Below are positions 62,559 through 64,000 of a DNA stretch of 64,000 nt, one piece after another; position 1 is the first letter of the stretch; every line of letters starts with the position of its first letter. Both the position numbers and the translations under genes were made by a program. Source of the stretch: Phoronis australis (taxonomy: Eukaryota; Animalia; Phoronida); the NCBI GenBank assembly GCA_002633005.1, contig NMRA01000041.1, positions 371,016-435,015 of the forward strand, read 5' to 3'. The notes beneath the pieces were generated by a model. That model was given only the letters and a program-made list of their open reading frames with translations, ran no database searches and had not been told where the DNA came from.

Positions 62559-63290
62559 AATGTTTATTGTACATCGTAGGCATTGTATACTCATACATAA
62601 ATACATAAATTGAAACGTATATTCAGAATATTTACACGGAGAGCAGTTCTTCTCTAAGAGTCATAGCCTTCTGAATATACAATGCGAGGTGCTGGATGCT
62701 GTCTTGATTTTTCTGTTGGAATAACCTAATAAGAGAATAGTTAACATTGACAAGCTCTGGAAGAAAATTTCTTCTAAGGTCTCCAAGAACAGGGTATCGA
62801 CACATGAAATGAGGCTCATCTTCAATTTTACCCAGACAGCATATGCCGCATATTCTCTCACCTCTAGGAATACCCATGTGTATGTCTCCGTTTCTCTATA
62901 TTAAGTGAGTTACCTAAACACCGAGATTGCGCAAGTATTTTTCTCGAATAAGCGCTTAAACAATTCACATATTGCTCACTGACAAGATCACATTTAATAA
63001 GACTCTAAAATTCATATTTATTGAGCTACCTATTTCCAGTTGCCATTCCTGTACTCCACAATCCAGTAATCTCTGTTTGAATACCATAATAAACTCAGCA
63101 CTATTGCCTGGGCCAAATAACCACACTTCTCCATAGCCGTTTCTATACAAAATTTCCTTGACACGGTGTGCCCAGTTACAATTACCATTTTCACTTTTTT
63201 CCCTAAGCATACTATAACACTTCAGTGGGTACCCATGTTCTTCCATATCCAGTAATTTTGTCCAATAGATAATTGGTTTACACATATATT
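62501..63290 (-). mobile_element. 5'-truncated RTEX-like LINE 3' end with (ATC)n tail
   Basis: Minus strand: YWTKLLDM..YPLKCY..NWAHRVKEIL..GYGEVW..FKQRLLD..QEW and GIPRGERICGIC..IEDEPHF; then AATAAA and an (ATC)n tail at 62501-62560. Confidence 0.75.
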
Positions 63291-64000
63291 TTCTCGAGCA
63301 TTTAGCATTTGGCGTTTTAAGTACTAGTCCACGAGAGCACCAACCATGAGCGGCAAGGTGGGGGTCAGCCGATTTTCACCAAATTTGGCACATATGTAGT
63401 CCTATGGGATCTATAAACAGCGGTAAAATATTTCCTCAAAATATTGTGTTTTTCTAAAGTTATAGGTTCAAACATATTTTACGGTTTCGCAGCCATGTTT
63501 TCACGGTATAAAAACTGTCCAGTTTTAACTGTTCATATTTTTCCTTGAATGAAAGCTATTGATTTATTATTCACTTGGCATTGTTTAGTGGTGCCTATAG
63601 ATTGTTACGCAGATGTCTTGAAACACGATTCCGATTTACCGCCCTCATTTAGTAGTTTTACTACACAGCCCCCCGTTATGCCATTTTGAGGTTGTGTTCA
63701 GTACACTGCTGTACCAAATCTGCCCCCACTGCTATGAGAGTGAAACTTAGCCAAAATGCTGACAAAACATGTTACTTTCATTGCATAAAATATAAACTTT
63801 GTCAGCCAGTTTATTAGTTATACATTTTGGCACCTCAAATGTACTAAAATGAGAAATTGTCATATATCTGAGATCGATGCGTGAGCACCGTAAAATCCGA
63901 TTGTCCTTCATATTTTTCGATATTTTGCAACAAGTTAGTTCCTCCTGAATGTTTTGAACGTTTTACTACTTATCACTTTGGGCTATAGTACCCCTAAATT

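Noticed and set aside
61775-62579. 241-aa and overlapping ORFs
   Set aside because: Open only because of the stop-poor decamer and (GAT)n repeats; no domain signal

Overview
AT-rich, intron-rich eukaryotic DNA, probably from a bilaterian invertebrate (lophotrochozoan-like, not determinable from sequence alone), with several n-gaps. 229-28479 (+) holds the last 13 coding exons of a RECQL4 helicase gene: about 720 aa covering helicase motifs 0-VI, the RecQ4 zinc-binding domain and the C-terminus, with all GT-AG junctions in phase. About 40350-45060 (-) is a five-exon flavin-containing monooxygenase pseudogene. About 55800-56900 (-) may be a heavily decayed Mab-21/cGAS-like sequence. The rest is mostly nested mobile DNA: Helentron-associated elements (HINEs), TTAA-flanked Kolobok elements carrying THAP and P2X7-ballast-like (KolX) remnants, a decayed hAT, Tx1 and RTEX-like LINE ends, tRNA-derived SINEs, MITEs and minisatellites. 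The most notable observations are: (1) HINE internal ~150-bp tandem repeats each carry a co-oriented CTCF-like motif inside RECQL4 introns; (2) one HINE 3' end supplies the acceptor region of a helicase exon; (3) a young Kolobok with 158-bp TIRs has two convergent ORFs broken by an assembly gap; (4) two short insertions with 12-bp TSDs have Penelope-like direct or inverted terminal repeats. All family assignments come from motif recognition by eye, not database searches.
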